DNA of 64,000 bases, from NCBI RefSeq assembly GCF_001949145.1, contig NW_019091355.1, positions 2,007,107 to 2,071,106 on the forward strand. Reading direction: 5' to 3'. Both the position numbers and the translations under genes were made by a program. This document shows positions 51,627 to 63,759 of the stretch, piece after piece. Source of the stretch: Acanthaster planci. Lineage: Eukaryota. Below the pieces are notes generated by a model. That model saw only the letters and a program-made list of their open reading frames with translations, ran no database searches and was not told the DNA's origin. Within the stretch, counting starts at the first letter, position 1. Each line of letters begins with the position of its first letter.

Positions 51627-54600
51627 ATGAATGGCCAATCAGGTCTTCACCATGTCACCAGCGATGACAAGAAGAAGAAGCGACAGCGGCTGAAGAAGTT
51701 GCAGGCCGATATCAAACAACAGGTGGAGTTTTACTTCAGTGATTCTAACCTGCGTAAAGATCGTTTCCTTAAGCAGGAAATTGACAAGTCTGAAGATGGA
51801 TGTGAGTACCGTGCAGGCGATTCACAATGCACTGCCGCCACCAAGAGGTTGTCACGGAGAGGCCATTTTTCAAGTTTATGGTCAACAACAAAATGGCTGA
51901 CTTGCCGCAATTTCCATTCAGTGAGCGAATGTCAATACACAGTTTCAGGAAATGTGTGATTGATCGGAGCATTTTGTGCCTCACAAAAACCTGTCATTAA
52001 TCATCACTAATACCCTAAACACTTCCAAATCTTTAAACCTACTCGACAAAAACAGTGGGACTAATTCAACGCAAAGCACATTCCGCACCAAGAACTTTTG
52101 TTGGATGTCCCACAATGCACCGTGAAAAAGGTCTCTCTGTGGCAGCCGCTTGGTGGCACATGCTTATGTGAATTGTCGGTATTAGTAGAGGCAAGATTTT
52201 CTTAAGTTCACATCAGAAATGATAATAACAGCCTGTCAGGGCATCACTGTCCCTAGATAATTTCATTTCAGATTGGGATGAAGATGGCGTTATTCAAGTG
52301 TACTGACAAATACTGCCTTTTGATCTTCTTTTGTCCCTTTTTTCCACTAGGGTATTTTGAAGCTGAGCCCCACAATGCCTTGTCACTATTTATGTAGCAA
52401 TATGGACTGACAACAAGACAGTTACAATCCTTTTCTTATCCACCTGACTACATGATCGAACAACTTACCAGTTCCTCATGTTTTTTCTGCTATTTTTCCC
52501 GTGGTACTTTGAACTAAGTGGTGTTTTGTGCTTCTCCTGACAGATGTTAACATTGCAACCATCGCAAACTTCAACCGAATGCGGAATCTCACCACGGACG
52601 AATCGCTGATAGCCAGGGCACTGCGGGACTCTGATTTGCTCAAGGTAAGACTACCCTTAAGATAAGCTGGTAGGATTTGCGATAATGCTGTGGCAAAGAA
52701 ATCTCTTTCGGCAAGAAGTGTGGTGCTGAAAAGAACAGGTGGTGTGGGCTTAACATTTCGACCAGTAGCTGGCCATCTTCTGGAGAAATGGTGGACTGGT
52801 CGGAGGAGGGGCGGAGTAGCACTGGATGATAACTAAACAGTGGGTTGGTGCTGAAGAATCTCATTGGCTGGTCTGCTGTCTTTAGAATGTTGGTAACTTA
52901 GATGTGACAGAGTATGCTCATTATGATGTGTCGTCAGTACCAGGTGGGGCATAGCAGCCCCATGTGCTGAATAGTAGGTGGACTCTGGTGGAGTACATGT
53001 GGATCCTCTCTATTCATGTTCATCCTGCCCACAACCCGGGATACACTGAAGTTGACTTAAACTCAGCTTTCAAAACTGAGTACATGTACTTGCATCATTC
53101 AGCAGACGCGTGTGCAATTTTCCTAAGGCATGCACCAAGACATTGGGGCAATGTCTAATGTTCTTTTTTTGGGTGTTCCCTTGCTAGGTTAGCGAAGACA
53201 AGACCAAGCTGCGGCGAAAGACACCGGTTGAGGAACCGAAATACAACATTGACGATGTCACTGTCTTTGTGGTAAATCAATGAATAGATTATGATTTTGA
53301 AACTGTGCCTGCTGGATTGTCCGAAATTGTGTTTTGTGGACTGTGAACAGTCATCCATTTTGTGACGGTATCTAATGTTGAAAGGACCACCCTCTTTTTG
53401 GTGCTGGAGGTGAAAAGAATAAGTACTGAAGAGTTTGTAAATCGCAGTACTAGTCTCGTTTCTCCTGTTTTTATCAAGGAAAACCTGCCTCACAATGTTG
53501 ACCATGACATGCTTCAGAAGGCCTTCAGCCCTTGCGGTATCATCGACTACATCAGCCTGCCGAGATACAAGAAGACTGGCGATCCCAAGAAGTTTGCATT
53601 TATCGAGTTTGCAACTCCTGAAGGGGCAGTGAAAGCCTGCAAGGTGAAAACATGGAGGCTTATTTTCATTGACTTAATCAGGAAAAACTGGAGCAATACA
53701 CTTACAATTTGTTACCATTAATTTATCTTAGTGTGGTCTTTTTACACATCCACTGTCCATTTGTTCTAAATCTTTAAAATTAACTGTCTAGTCTTTCCCA
53801 ACATTACTCTAATTAGTAATTTTGTTTATCTTTCAAGCTCTTAAATAACCCTCCAAGAGACAAGCCTAAACCTGATGGTCACTTCCCAACAACGCGGAAA
53901 GGGCGTCTGATACTACCACAGCAGGCAGAGGCGTCTGAGCTGCAACTGAAGAGCATGAAGTTAGAGAAGTACGGCAAACAGAAAGTAAGCAAAAGGAAGA
54001 GGGAGGCAAGTGGAATGGAAGAGACATCTCCAGAAGCCAAGAAGGAGCAGATACCCAAAAAGAAGGAGGCATCTTCATCAAACAGGAAGCGGAACATTAG
54101 TGAAGAAACCAAGGAAGAGACTGAGAACAGAGGACAGCTTGAGAAGAAGGCTAAGACGAAAGCAGAGGCATCTCAGGGAGAGGTTTCAAAGAAGCATGAT
54201 CAGCAGCCCTGTATTAAAACCAATCAAAGGAAAGAACAGAAAATGGACTCCAGGAAGAGGAAGCACTCTGGAGGGGACGACACCCTTGAGAAATCATCAC
54301 ACGGCAGCAAAAACCACGAGGCCAGGTCACACAAAGATGATAAGTCAGACATGGGGGCCAAAGTTGAGAGGTCGGCTAGGGACACAACCAAGAAGGTTGC
54401 CGGCTCGGAAACTCATAAGAGGAAACGGGAAGATTCTGAAAGCAGCGGGGAGGCTTCAAAGGCCAAGAGGTCATCATCAGGTTCTCACAGAGACAAGGAT
54501 GGTGTGGAAGATGGCAGGGATGCTAAGAGGAGGAGGGCGGAGTCAGAAATGGAAGAGGAGGATGGAGACAAGAAGAGGAAGAGAAGGAGCCGGAGTCGTA

Positions 54601-57186
54601 GAAACAAGAAGGAGGAAGGAAAAACTGCTCCTCTGATGCAGCTCAGAGTCATTCCTAAGTAAGCACAAGCTTTATAAACACTTGTAGTTAAAAGAAAAAT
54701 GCACATTACGTGGGATTAATTTTGGCAGAACTTTATAAGCCCTTTAACCCTAACCCTCGCTTGTCCTGCACTACAAAGCAAACTCCAACAGAGTGACTCG
54801 GAGTTTGAGTGATATGGTATGGATGGGTCTATGCAGTATAGGATGACTTGCACTGAACAGTACCAAACCTGACAAAATCAAGCATAGTCCAACAATTGGT
54901 ACAGCAAGCCAAACACTGCACAAAATGAACCCTGTGTGTCCAACGCACACAGAATCCAACACCATCTCCCTGGGCCTTTCATTCCAAGTCTCTTAAAATT
55001 CAACAAGTTCATCAGGTACAGTACCAAACCAGCCAAAACCTCACAAAACCTGCTGTCGGAGTGTGGCAGGTTTGGTATAGTTGGTACATGTACACTGGAA
55101 ATCAGTGCTCACTGCCAACACATAATGTCTGTGTTCCCACATAATGTCTAATTGAATTGTTTGATATGCCAAATGACAGGTGCCTTTTTGTGTTGCAGGT
55201 GTGAATCTGCAAATGTAGATCTTTTTTACAAATTTAAAACAACACGTTTCAGTTTCATGTAGATGCAAGTCAAACAAAAAAAGTGTGTTTCTGCATCTTG
55301 CTTGCCATATTTGCAAGTGGTCCTGACACAAAATTCACAGTTGCTACATGTTTCCCCACAAGAGAGTGCAGGACAAATGCATGTTTCACTTTCAGCCACT
55401 TTTTGAATGGCAGACGGTTATTTGGTCATGTGTGTAAATCTGGCTCGGTGATAATTACAGAAAGGAGTGGTTGGAATTGAAGGCGGAATATCTCACCCTT
55501 CAGAAGGCCAGCCGGCAGCAGATGAAACAAGCGCTTCAAGTAGAATGGGCCAAGAGAAAAGCACGACTAGAGTCACAGTCACCAGATAAGAAGGTACCAA
55601 TGGGAGTTGAGGAGAAATAAGCTGTCTGAAATATCGCAGATCTTCTATGAGGTCTTTGTACATTGGGCTGTACTAGAAAAACAGAAGATAGTTTGTGAAT
55701 GATAACTATTCGCAGAAGTCGATGGCCCAAATTTAGCATCTCGAAGCAGTCACAGTTATCCAGTCTACTAGTAGCAGGAATGTTGCAACCAAGAAATCTT
55801 TTTGCCGTCGTCCATTCCTTTTACTTCAGTGTCTACCCAAACTCTGCAGTGGTGTTCCACACACTGGGTGAAACCTACAAATGTTGGACCAGATGTTGCA
55901 TTTGTTTTTACTTCGTTTGTTTTTTTTTCCACCAGGTAGCTGAAGTGAAATCCGCCGAGCCAGAGTTCCATCCCGGTGTAGTGGTCAAAATCAAGAGTGA
56001 CAAGCCATTTGCGTCTCGCAAAGAAATCCGAGTAAGGAATGATGCTCTTGTAACTTGCATGTACAAGTAGCAGCTCCAGAACTTAAGATTCTGTTATCAC
56101 GAGCTCCAGCTGTGAAGAAATTTGTAAATAGCCTTTCTAGCAAGTGTGATAGAATTGTGAAACAGGCCTGACCATAACTTTGGAATGATTTCTCACAGGA
56201 ACAGTTGGAAGGGATTTCCCCAGTGGCCTACATTGAGCTGAATGCTGGGGACACTGGTGGCTTCATACGACTGCAGTCTGCAGAGGGTGCACAGGCAGTA
56301 CTTGGAAAAGCCGGCAGTCTTTCCAATGATGGTGGTTCAGTAGAACTGAACCTGTTGACAGGTGCTTATCGGCTGAACATTTTTGTTGGGTACATGTATT
56401 TATATACTAAATGTGTCTTCATTATATGCAGTATTGAAGACAGGTGTACAGAAATAGCCGTGAAAATGTTTGAGATTATGGGTAAAAGAACATGAACCAC
56501 ATTTTCCATAGGGCTCCTGTGAAAAAAAATCAGTCCCTTTTAAAAATGTTTGATGTTGCATGAATATTTGAGTCTTGAAAAAGTGAGGAATTTGTGAACT
56601 GGTCACTTTTAAAGTGTAGTAATTTCCTTGCGTGTCTCCCTCATTACAGGAAAAGATGAGCAAAAGTACTGGGAGAAGCTTAGAGCTGATAGAGTGGCCA
56701 AACTGAGCTCTAGTAAGAAGAGGAAAAATAAGAAACGTGGCATCGAGCGGGTAAAACACAACTACATGTATTTCATAAAGAAAAGAAATAAGTCGAAGAT
56801 CTTCTGGAATTAAGAGCATTCCAGTGGCTTAGATTCACTTTGGTCGCAGCAGAACTGTTTCAAGATTATCGTATGAGATGAATTGTTTTCACTTCATCCT
56901 TTTCAAGAATATTTTTGAATGACAGCTAAAAAAAAATCTGACACTCTAAACAAGAAACATGAAGGGCTTGTCAAGGGGAGTAAATTCCCATGATGATTAG
57001 AATTGGCCGAGAGTTGGTTTATTTAGAAAGCATAGGTGTTTTTGCCAATGTTGTACTTAGGAAAGCTGTGCAGTTTGTTCCTGAAATACCAATCTCTCAT
57101 TTGGACAGATCAAGGAGAAGTCTGAGAGGGTCCTGGGCACTGACAAATCTAAAGGGGACCGCATTGTCTTCGAGGGTGATGACTGA
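51627..57186 (+). CDS. LARP7: La-related protein 7 (La motif, RRM1, basic low-complexity linker, C-terminal xRRM); 10 coding exons, about 638 aa
   Basis: Exons 51627-51801, 52544-52644, 53188-53271, 53479-53643, 53838-54658, 55461-55593, 55936-56031, 56199-56361, 56650-56750, 57109-57186; all GT-AG and in frame (1917 nt). Motifs [91 protein letters not shown] and [16 protein letters not shown] are characteristic of LARP7. Confidence 0.96.
52700..53040 (-). mobile_element. Penelope-like retroelement 3' remnant with a degenerate hammerhead core, in a LARP7 intron
   Basis: Minus strand 52782-52756 reads CAGAAGA-T-GGCCAG-CTA-CTGGTC-GAAA followed by TGTT. It is preceded by a decayed frame (..HQSPPTI....HTLSHL.TNILK) resembling the C-terminus of Penelope GIY-YIG ORFs. 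Confidence 0.55.
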
Positions 57187-57928
57187 ATAGATGCCTGAAC
57201 ACTGGCGACAAATTGGCTCCGTTGCCGTTATCAAGAATTGCTTCATTCTGTAGCGGCATCCCGTTACGAGACTACGGACTGATGGATGCAACGTGGGATT
57301 AGTTAAAGCTCAATTCGGTACATGTAAACACAAAAACCTCTCCTTTGGTGATTGAGCTTAAATCTGTTATGGTGAAATTTTTGCATTGCATTCCAGCATA
57401 GTTAATAGTATGGGGTGCACAAGTATCTAAGCATATTTTTTGTCGAGGTAAGATGGAGTCAAAATTTAAAACCAACTCGCACACAGATCATCGCTTGTTT
57501 TTGCTTATTAACTCAGTTGTTGTTTTGACAGTGTTTGAGCGTGTTGTATGACGGATGCCGCAAGTCAGTGGCCTGGTTTCTCATACCATTTCCGGATAAT
57601 TACTTTTCATCTTTCACTCAGTGTTGCTTTTATATTTAAAGTTGTATCCCTATGAACCTAGGTTTAAAAGTAGTTTAAGAAAAGTCAAATAACAAAGAAG
57701 AGGGAGGAACGAATCAAGATAACCATATTGAGACATCTTATAATAGCATAAAAACAGTTTGTTTATTTTGACCCTTCCTGTTGCAGTGCAACATCCTGAA
57801 GCAGGTCGTTCCATTTGCCAGTGTATTCATCATTCTGGAATCTTCAGGATTGTGCGAGTACATTTTTATTTGCACTGTAGCATTTTTGTGTATGTGGTCT
57901 GTTATGGATGACAGACTTGTACGTTTGC

Positions 57929-57934
57929 AATAAA
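57929..57934 (+). promoter_or_regulatory. Candidate polyadenylation signal of LARP7
   Basis: AATAAA about 740 nt after the stop codon, followed by GT-rich sequence around 57970-58010. Confidence 0.5.
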
Positions 57935-58053
57935 ACAGTTTCAATATCACAACTCTCCTTAATAGAATTGTAGGGTGTTGTCGATTGTCTCCGTGTTTGG
58001 TTTTGTTTACATTCCTCTAAGTAACACTGGGATAATTTGATCAGCTGGTCACC

Positions 58054-58291
58054 CAGGGGCCAATTTCATAGAGCTGCTTAGGCACGAAATTTGCGTAAGC
58101 GCAAGAAAATCTTGCTTGATAAATCAGGTAACCAGCCCAAACTGCGTGACATTGTTTTGGAATGGTATTTACCTGTCTTGATTAGCATGACTATCACATA
58201 GAGTTTTAGCTGGTAACCTTTGTTTTTTTAAGCAAGGTTTTTCATGCTTAAGCAAATTTTGTGCTTAAGCAGCTCTATGAAATTGGCCCTG
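58054..58291. mobile_element. MITE with long TIRs (PIF/Harbinger-like ends), copy A
   Basis: GGGCCAATTTCATAGAGCTGCTTAGGCAC ... GTGCTTAAGCAGCTCTATGAAATTGGCCC; imperfect pairing extends further inward. Confidence 0.85.
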
Positions 58292-59425
58292 CCAGATTGT
58301 AAAAGATAACCAATTGGAGTCTTTTGGATATGAACAAATATGACATCCTGCTACATATGCATTTGTATGAGGTCTGTTTAAATGGCCTTGGTTAATACAG
58401 TACTGTACACCGCACATTAGGCTCAAAAATAGAACTTCTGTTTCCTACAAGCCAGACCGATCAATTTTGCTACGTGAGGGAAAAAGAAAACACTTTCAAC
58501 GTCTGCACTGATACTGATTGTAATTGCAACATATAGATATTCTGTAAGGTACAGGTCCACATTCGTCTTCAATCCCACAAATGATTTTGTTTGTCCCACA
58601 TACTCCCGTTTGTCTAGCAATGAATGTTACAGTACACTTTACAACCTGTAGGCAAATTCTTAGGAGTCATTTCCAGCAATGCTTGATTCGCTAAAATTAC
58701 ATACATTTACAACACTGCTTGAAGTCTATTTTATCTGTGGTCAAATCTTCATTTATTTATTCCGCACATGAAACTCTTCTGCCAGGTACCAAACGAAAAG
58801 TTGAGCGTCCACCTTAATTGGTGTACAGAGAGGCATAGAAATCATCCAATTCGGGGGGGAAATAACTGCATGCTTACCTTTCCTTCGACGGTTCTTCGCA
58901 GCTGAGGGTAAGCCAGATGGTTGCAGCATGTAGGATGGAGGAATAAAAGCACAATCTTCAACGGTTACAGATATCGGGCCAAATTTGCTAATTCGATCGA
59001 TGCCTCTACCCATTCTGTTCTTCACAGAGAAGTCCAATGATATAACATCTGAATGAAAGACACCTGGTCCCCATTAGGGACAAAACCTACCTCAAGTAAG
59101 CAGGGCCAACAGCGCCAACTTGAACAGCGCCAACAGCGCCATGATGTTTCCAAAGCTATCATAGATACAGGTTGTGCGGTATAAAGCATGGATAAAGTTT
59201 CCTCTGCTCGGGAAACTACAAAATTATTGCATATATAGCAACACGCGAGCGCCGGAATATTCATGTCGTACCATGCCATGGTAGCTAACCAGCCCGAATC
59301 ATCAGTGAAGTTACTCAGTTTGTCCCTCGTATTGTCACCTGGTTCAACCCCCTCCTAGGAAGCAACTTGCATCATGAAGCGCTAAGAGGAGCAGTAAGAG
59401 CAACCGAACTGTACGTTGAAACTTA

Positions 59426-59701
59426 CTGGGGCCAGTTTCATAGAGCTGCTTAAGCACAGAATTTGCTTAAGCACGAAAAACCTTGCTTAACAAAGAAAGG
59501 TTACCCCAGCTCAAACTCTTGTGAATGTGATTGTCATGCCATAGAGCTAGTAGCTCTATGGTCATGCTAACCAAAAGACAGGTAAATACCATTCCAAAAC
59601 AATATACATCACAAGAAGTTTTGGCCGCTAACCTGATTTGTCAAGCAAGGTTTTTTCACGCTTAAACAATTTTTTTCGCTTAAGCAGCGCTATAAAATTC
59701 G
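59426..59701. mobile_element. Same MITE family, copy B, inverted relative to copy A
   Basis: GGGGCCAGTTTCATAGAGCTGCTTAAGCAC...; the internal AAGACAGGTAAATACCATTCCAAAACAAT is the reverse complement of the copy A interior. A short fragment of this family also lies at about 37613-37648. Confidence 0.85.
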
Positions 59702-60206
59702 TTTTTACTTGCACTGCCTTTATGTACACTGCGCATGACCATCAAGTTTTCTTGGCACGAAATCAAAACTTATGGGCTTATACCGGCGTCGGGAATTCTT
59801 GAGTTTGGTATCAGAAAAAGATGCAGCCTTTTGCCATGGCTTTTGAACTTAAGTATCTTGCAACAAGATCTTTTTCTTCCTTCATGCTTGCAACCACATT
59901 CACCAAACTCAGGATGTCGGAGAAATGTCAGTTACGTAATACTTTCGGAAATGAAACCTTCAGAGCGGTTGGCCCAAACTGAATAGACGTGGATAAACAT
60001 TGCAGTTGTGAGGTTTTTGGCGACACCGCAAACCTTAACCTCCCGCCCAATTTCAAACTTTGTCAGGCAAGGCAGCAAAGAGGTAGGTAGTGTTCCCATG
60101 AGCATCTGTAGACCAATAATTAAAGCTGGTAATTAAATGCAGGGAAAATCAGACAAAACATTAATCGAAGGCGACTCAGTTCGTAATTAAATACACATAA
60201 ACTTGT

Positions 60207-60212
60207 TTTATT
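60207..60212 (-). promoter_or_regulatory. Candidate polyadenylation signal of CDK1
   Basis: AATAAA on the minus strand about 1.1 kb after the stop codon, followed by T/GT-rich sequence. Confidence 0.5.
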
Positions 60213-61334
60213 ATTTACTACACTAAACGTCTTTACAAAAGCTACATGCTGTTTAATCTTACTTTCATTATATACAATGTTGGAATTTCAAGTTTTCTGT
60301 GAAATCACGACAGGTCTTTCCTGTGGGAAAATGTCACCAAATATTGCAGTATTTTGTAAATACATGTAGAAAGCCGAATGAGTATGTACACAACTCGGTG
60401 GAGTGATCGGCCAACAGTATTTACAAACCAACACGTTAAGGCTGAGGTTTTTTTGCAAATTTGAAGTCCGAGTAGCATTTTATACACATGTACAAGTACA
60501 AGCAAAGGCAAAGTGTGAAAGAAACACAAGTATCCTTCTTACGTCTTGGCAGAAAGACAGTGTTTGATATACTGTAGACCTTAAATTCTCGGCACTTCTT
60601 GATGATAACAGAGCTTGTTTGCTTGACGGAGTGAATGGAAACTAGACTTTTAAATGGTTCATTATATTCAAAGACTGGTACAACACCAACGATAACAACA
60701 TCTACACTAGTATCCCCAACGGGGAAACACTCCTTAAAAACACTTTTCATACGAATCAAAAGAAAAACTACGAATTTGAAAATTCCAAGATACAATGTGT
60801 TGCTTTTCCACAATTTTTTTTTAACCATGGTACAGAATACTTAAATCAATATACACGTATCCACAAATAAGCAAGTCTAACAAGCCGTAGTTGTACTGAA
60901 CGAGTGATAAATCGTGAAACATTATTGCCACTACCTTAATGCAAAAGTAGGTTCCCAAACTTCATGCCAATAGGGAGGCAGAAATCCATTTTTGCTTTTT
61001 TTTGATAAAAACATTTTGATTGGTTTGATTTGACCAGGCTCAAAATTCAAATTTGCAGCAGTGACGTCCGGTTCTTGTCAAGCCAATCACATGTCAACCA
61101 AAAGTCTGATTACAAGTAAACACAAACGGGCAACAAAGGAGTGCTATCAGAGATTATTTGAATTTGAGAAGCTGCTGACTGGGTGGGAGATGGTAGACTT
61201 GTGAAAAACTAGAGACGGTCTTGTAGGGACTTGTCAAGTGAAGTTCCGCAGATGTAGACAAATGATACAAATCTTTCATCGGGTATAAAACACGTGGATC
61301 TTGGATGTCTTCGGCACCCAAGCGACTTCGTCCA

Positions 61335-63759
61335 TTACTGCCCTATTCTTGATATTCTCGGAGGCATTATCTCGCCTCTGTAGTCTCTCAGATAGGGGTG
61401 CTTCAGCGCGGCTTTGCACGAGATGCGTTTGGCTGGATCGTAGATCAGCATTTTCTGGGGGGGGGGAAATGAACATAAAATCCTCAACTCAGTCGGAAGA
61501 GCTTTTTCAGTCTCACCACATGTAGACATCAAGTAAGAGCAGTCTTGGTAACATTCAAGACTTCAATGGAGTCTGTGTTAACTAAGGGTGGGACGTTTAC
61601 ACGTTTTAATGAAAAAAGTTTCAAATCTGTTGACAGATTTTTCCAAAGTTTTAACGGAACCGCCCCCTTTTAGAGGTTTGACATTTTGATTGAAGCAATC
61701 GAGTTCATTTTCAATGTAAATGATGCCTGTAAAATGGAATTAGATTTTCAGAGCACTTTACAGCTCGGTCATATCCGAGGAATACCTTGAATTCATCATC
61801 GGAGCTTGGTGTCAACTATTTACATTGTGTACAATTTGTTGTGTTTAAAGTTTTCAATGACACCAAGGTAATGGTGGGATGTTGAAACATTTAAACGGTA
61901 TGGGAAAATTTTCTACAGGTTTTTTAAATTAAACGTAAAGTCCCTTCCTCAGTGTTAACACATCGTTTTCTCACATTGATTCAGTGTGACATGCGAAACC
62001 AGCCATGAAATATCTCAAACCTGCTCCAGGGCGTGACTGGCTGAAACATTTCTGTGCAATCACAGTAGTGAATCAACATTGAGCTTCGTAAGGTGATCTG
62101 AGTTTGAGTATTGTGCTTTCAAGAGAAATCGCTTCTGTATGGCGTCAATCAGCCAAACATTTGGATATCCATTTTTTTTTACCTGCAGAAGGTCCATCCC
62201 CTCTGGGTCCAACGTCTTGACAGACTTGGTCAGATTGTTGGTGGTCCAGTTGGGAAAAGTTGGCTTGTAGTCGGGCAACTCTGTCACCCCAGGCCATGAC
62301 TGATCAGTGGGCGTGCCCAAGGTCCTGCAGAGAGATCAAATGTTGAGTAATGTAATGGTTGCTGGTGCAGTAAACGTATTTACTCGGTCTTAACCAATGC
62401 GAATCCTACAAAATTGACTAGTGCACTGGAGAGTAATAACTTCTTAACATGATATGTCAAGTGCCATCATGATCAAAACCCTGATACAGTACATACATGT
62501 TTGGATGGACCTACCTCATCAATTCTGCAAAATCCCTCATAGGCATTAAATGGATCGTGAAGGTTAAGGTTACGGAGGAGAGATTCCCCCAAAACTGCAC
62601 TATTTCCATTTGTAGTGTTCCCATAGCAATCTGAAAGCCTAATTCCACGATTTTTTTTCAAGGACTTTCCAGGACTAACATTTGACAATTTCCAAGACAT
62701 TTAATGCCATTTTGCAGAGAAAAGCTGCTAGGTATTATGACCTGGAAGACTGCCATAGGCACTGCTACAAACTGACAAGGACCAATCAAAATTCTCTGAT
62801 TTTCCAAAATAATTCTTTTTCAGGACTTTGCTGTGATTTTCCGTGATGGGAACCCATGCATTTGTCTTTCTTTCCCCTTTCCTTTATTCCTTCAAGCCAA
62901 GCTTTTAAGCACAAAGGCTCTAAGAAATGGTATTTATTTTAAACTTTGATCCAATGAAATTGTAAGAAAGCCACACAGAATGCACTGAAATACTTCCGAT
63001 GGCACAATCACTGAACTTTCCTCAAAACTTCAATATACTCTGCGCAAATTTAAGGTGGCTGCGATCTGCTCAAATGATATGCTGAACACATACAGCGTAC
63101 AGCAATGCCCCACCTGAATATTCTGAAGAGTTGGTCAATCTCAGAGTCGCCGTGAAACAATGGTCTCTTGGTCACCATCTCGGCAAAGATGCAGCCTATG
63201 CTCCAGACATCAACCGGCGTGGAGTACCTTGGGGAGCCTAGGAGGACCTCTGGGGCTCTGTACCACAGGGTCACGACCTGTGCAGGGGTGGAGCAGAGCA
63301 GACAGGCGTAATTACTGTACTTTGACTGTTGTGGTGTGTCTTGACTAAACTGGAGGATCTGATTTCTTTTTTCTTACCAGACTTGATACTTTGTCCGCAC
63401 ACTTTGAACCTATCATGATATGCCATCATTTAAAATTTGTGACTGAATCCCTCAATTTTTTACCAGCAACTTTGAGGGCGGAACAAGGGTGACCCCATGA
63501 CTGAACTTGCCGAGATGATACATTTTGAAAATTCATCGTCTCGTTCAATAAAATATTTCTGACAGTACAACAAGCTACAATTCCACACCTCATGTGTGTA
63601 GACTCGGACAGGAATGCCGAACGCCCTCGCTAGACCAAAGTCAGCCAGCTTGATGATTCCTTTCTCGTTGATGAGCAGGTTCTGCGGCTTGAGGTCCCGG
63701 TGAAGGACGCGGCGGCAGTGACAGAACAGGATTCCCTGGACAATCTGATGCAGGTAACT
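61335..63759 (-). CDS. CDK1: Cyclin-dependent kinase 1 (cdc2), last four coding exons; 5' part lies beyond the window
   Basis: Exons (minus) 63759-63589 ([57 protein letters not shown]), 63277-63114 ([54 protein letters not shown]), 62324-62183 and 61454-61335 ([12 protein letters not shown]..). [17 protein letters not shown] and [11 protein letters not shown] favour CDK1 over CDK2. Confidence 0.95.
61575..61960. mobile_element. Degenerate MITE in the last CDK1 intron
   Basis: GTTAACTAAGGGTGGGACGTTTACACGTTTTAAT at the left is imperfectly complementary to ATTAAACGTAAAGTCCCTTCCTCAGTGTTAAC at the right. Confidence 0.5.

Noticed and set aside
54010..54636. 208-aa Arg-rich ORF overlapping the large LARP7 exon
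   Set aside because: Alternate frame of a purine-rich low-complexity exon that is naturally poor in stop codons; no recognisable domain.
55594..55620. Intron read-through stop giving a LARP7 isoform without the xRRM
   Set aside because: A nearby in-frame stop is expected in any intron, and nothing else supports a terminal exon.
56032..57108. miR-302/367-like cluster as found in vertebrate LARP7 introns
   Set aside because: The introns here are short and I saw no repeated hairpins of that kind.
59092..59094. In-frame TGA as selenocysteine
   Set aside because: The position at the end of a signal-like peptide is atypical, no SECIS was recognised, and downstream frames look disrupted.
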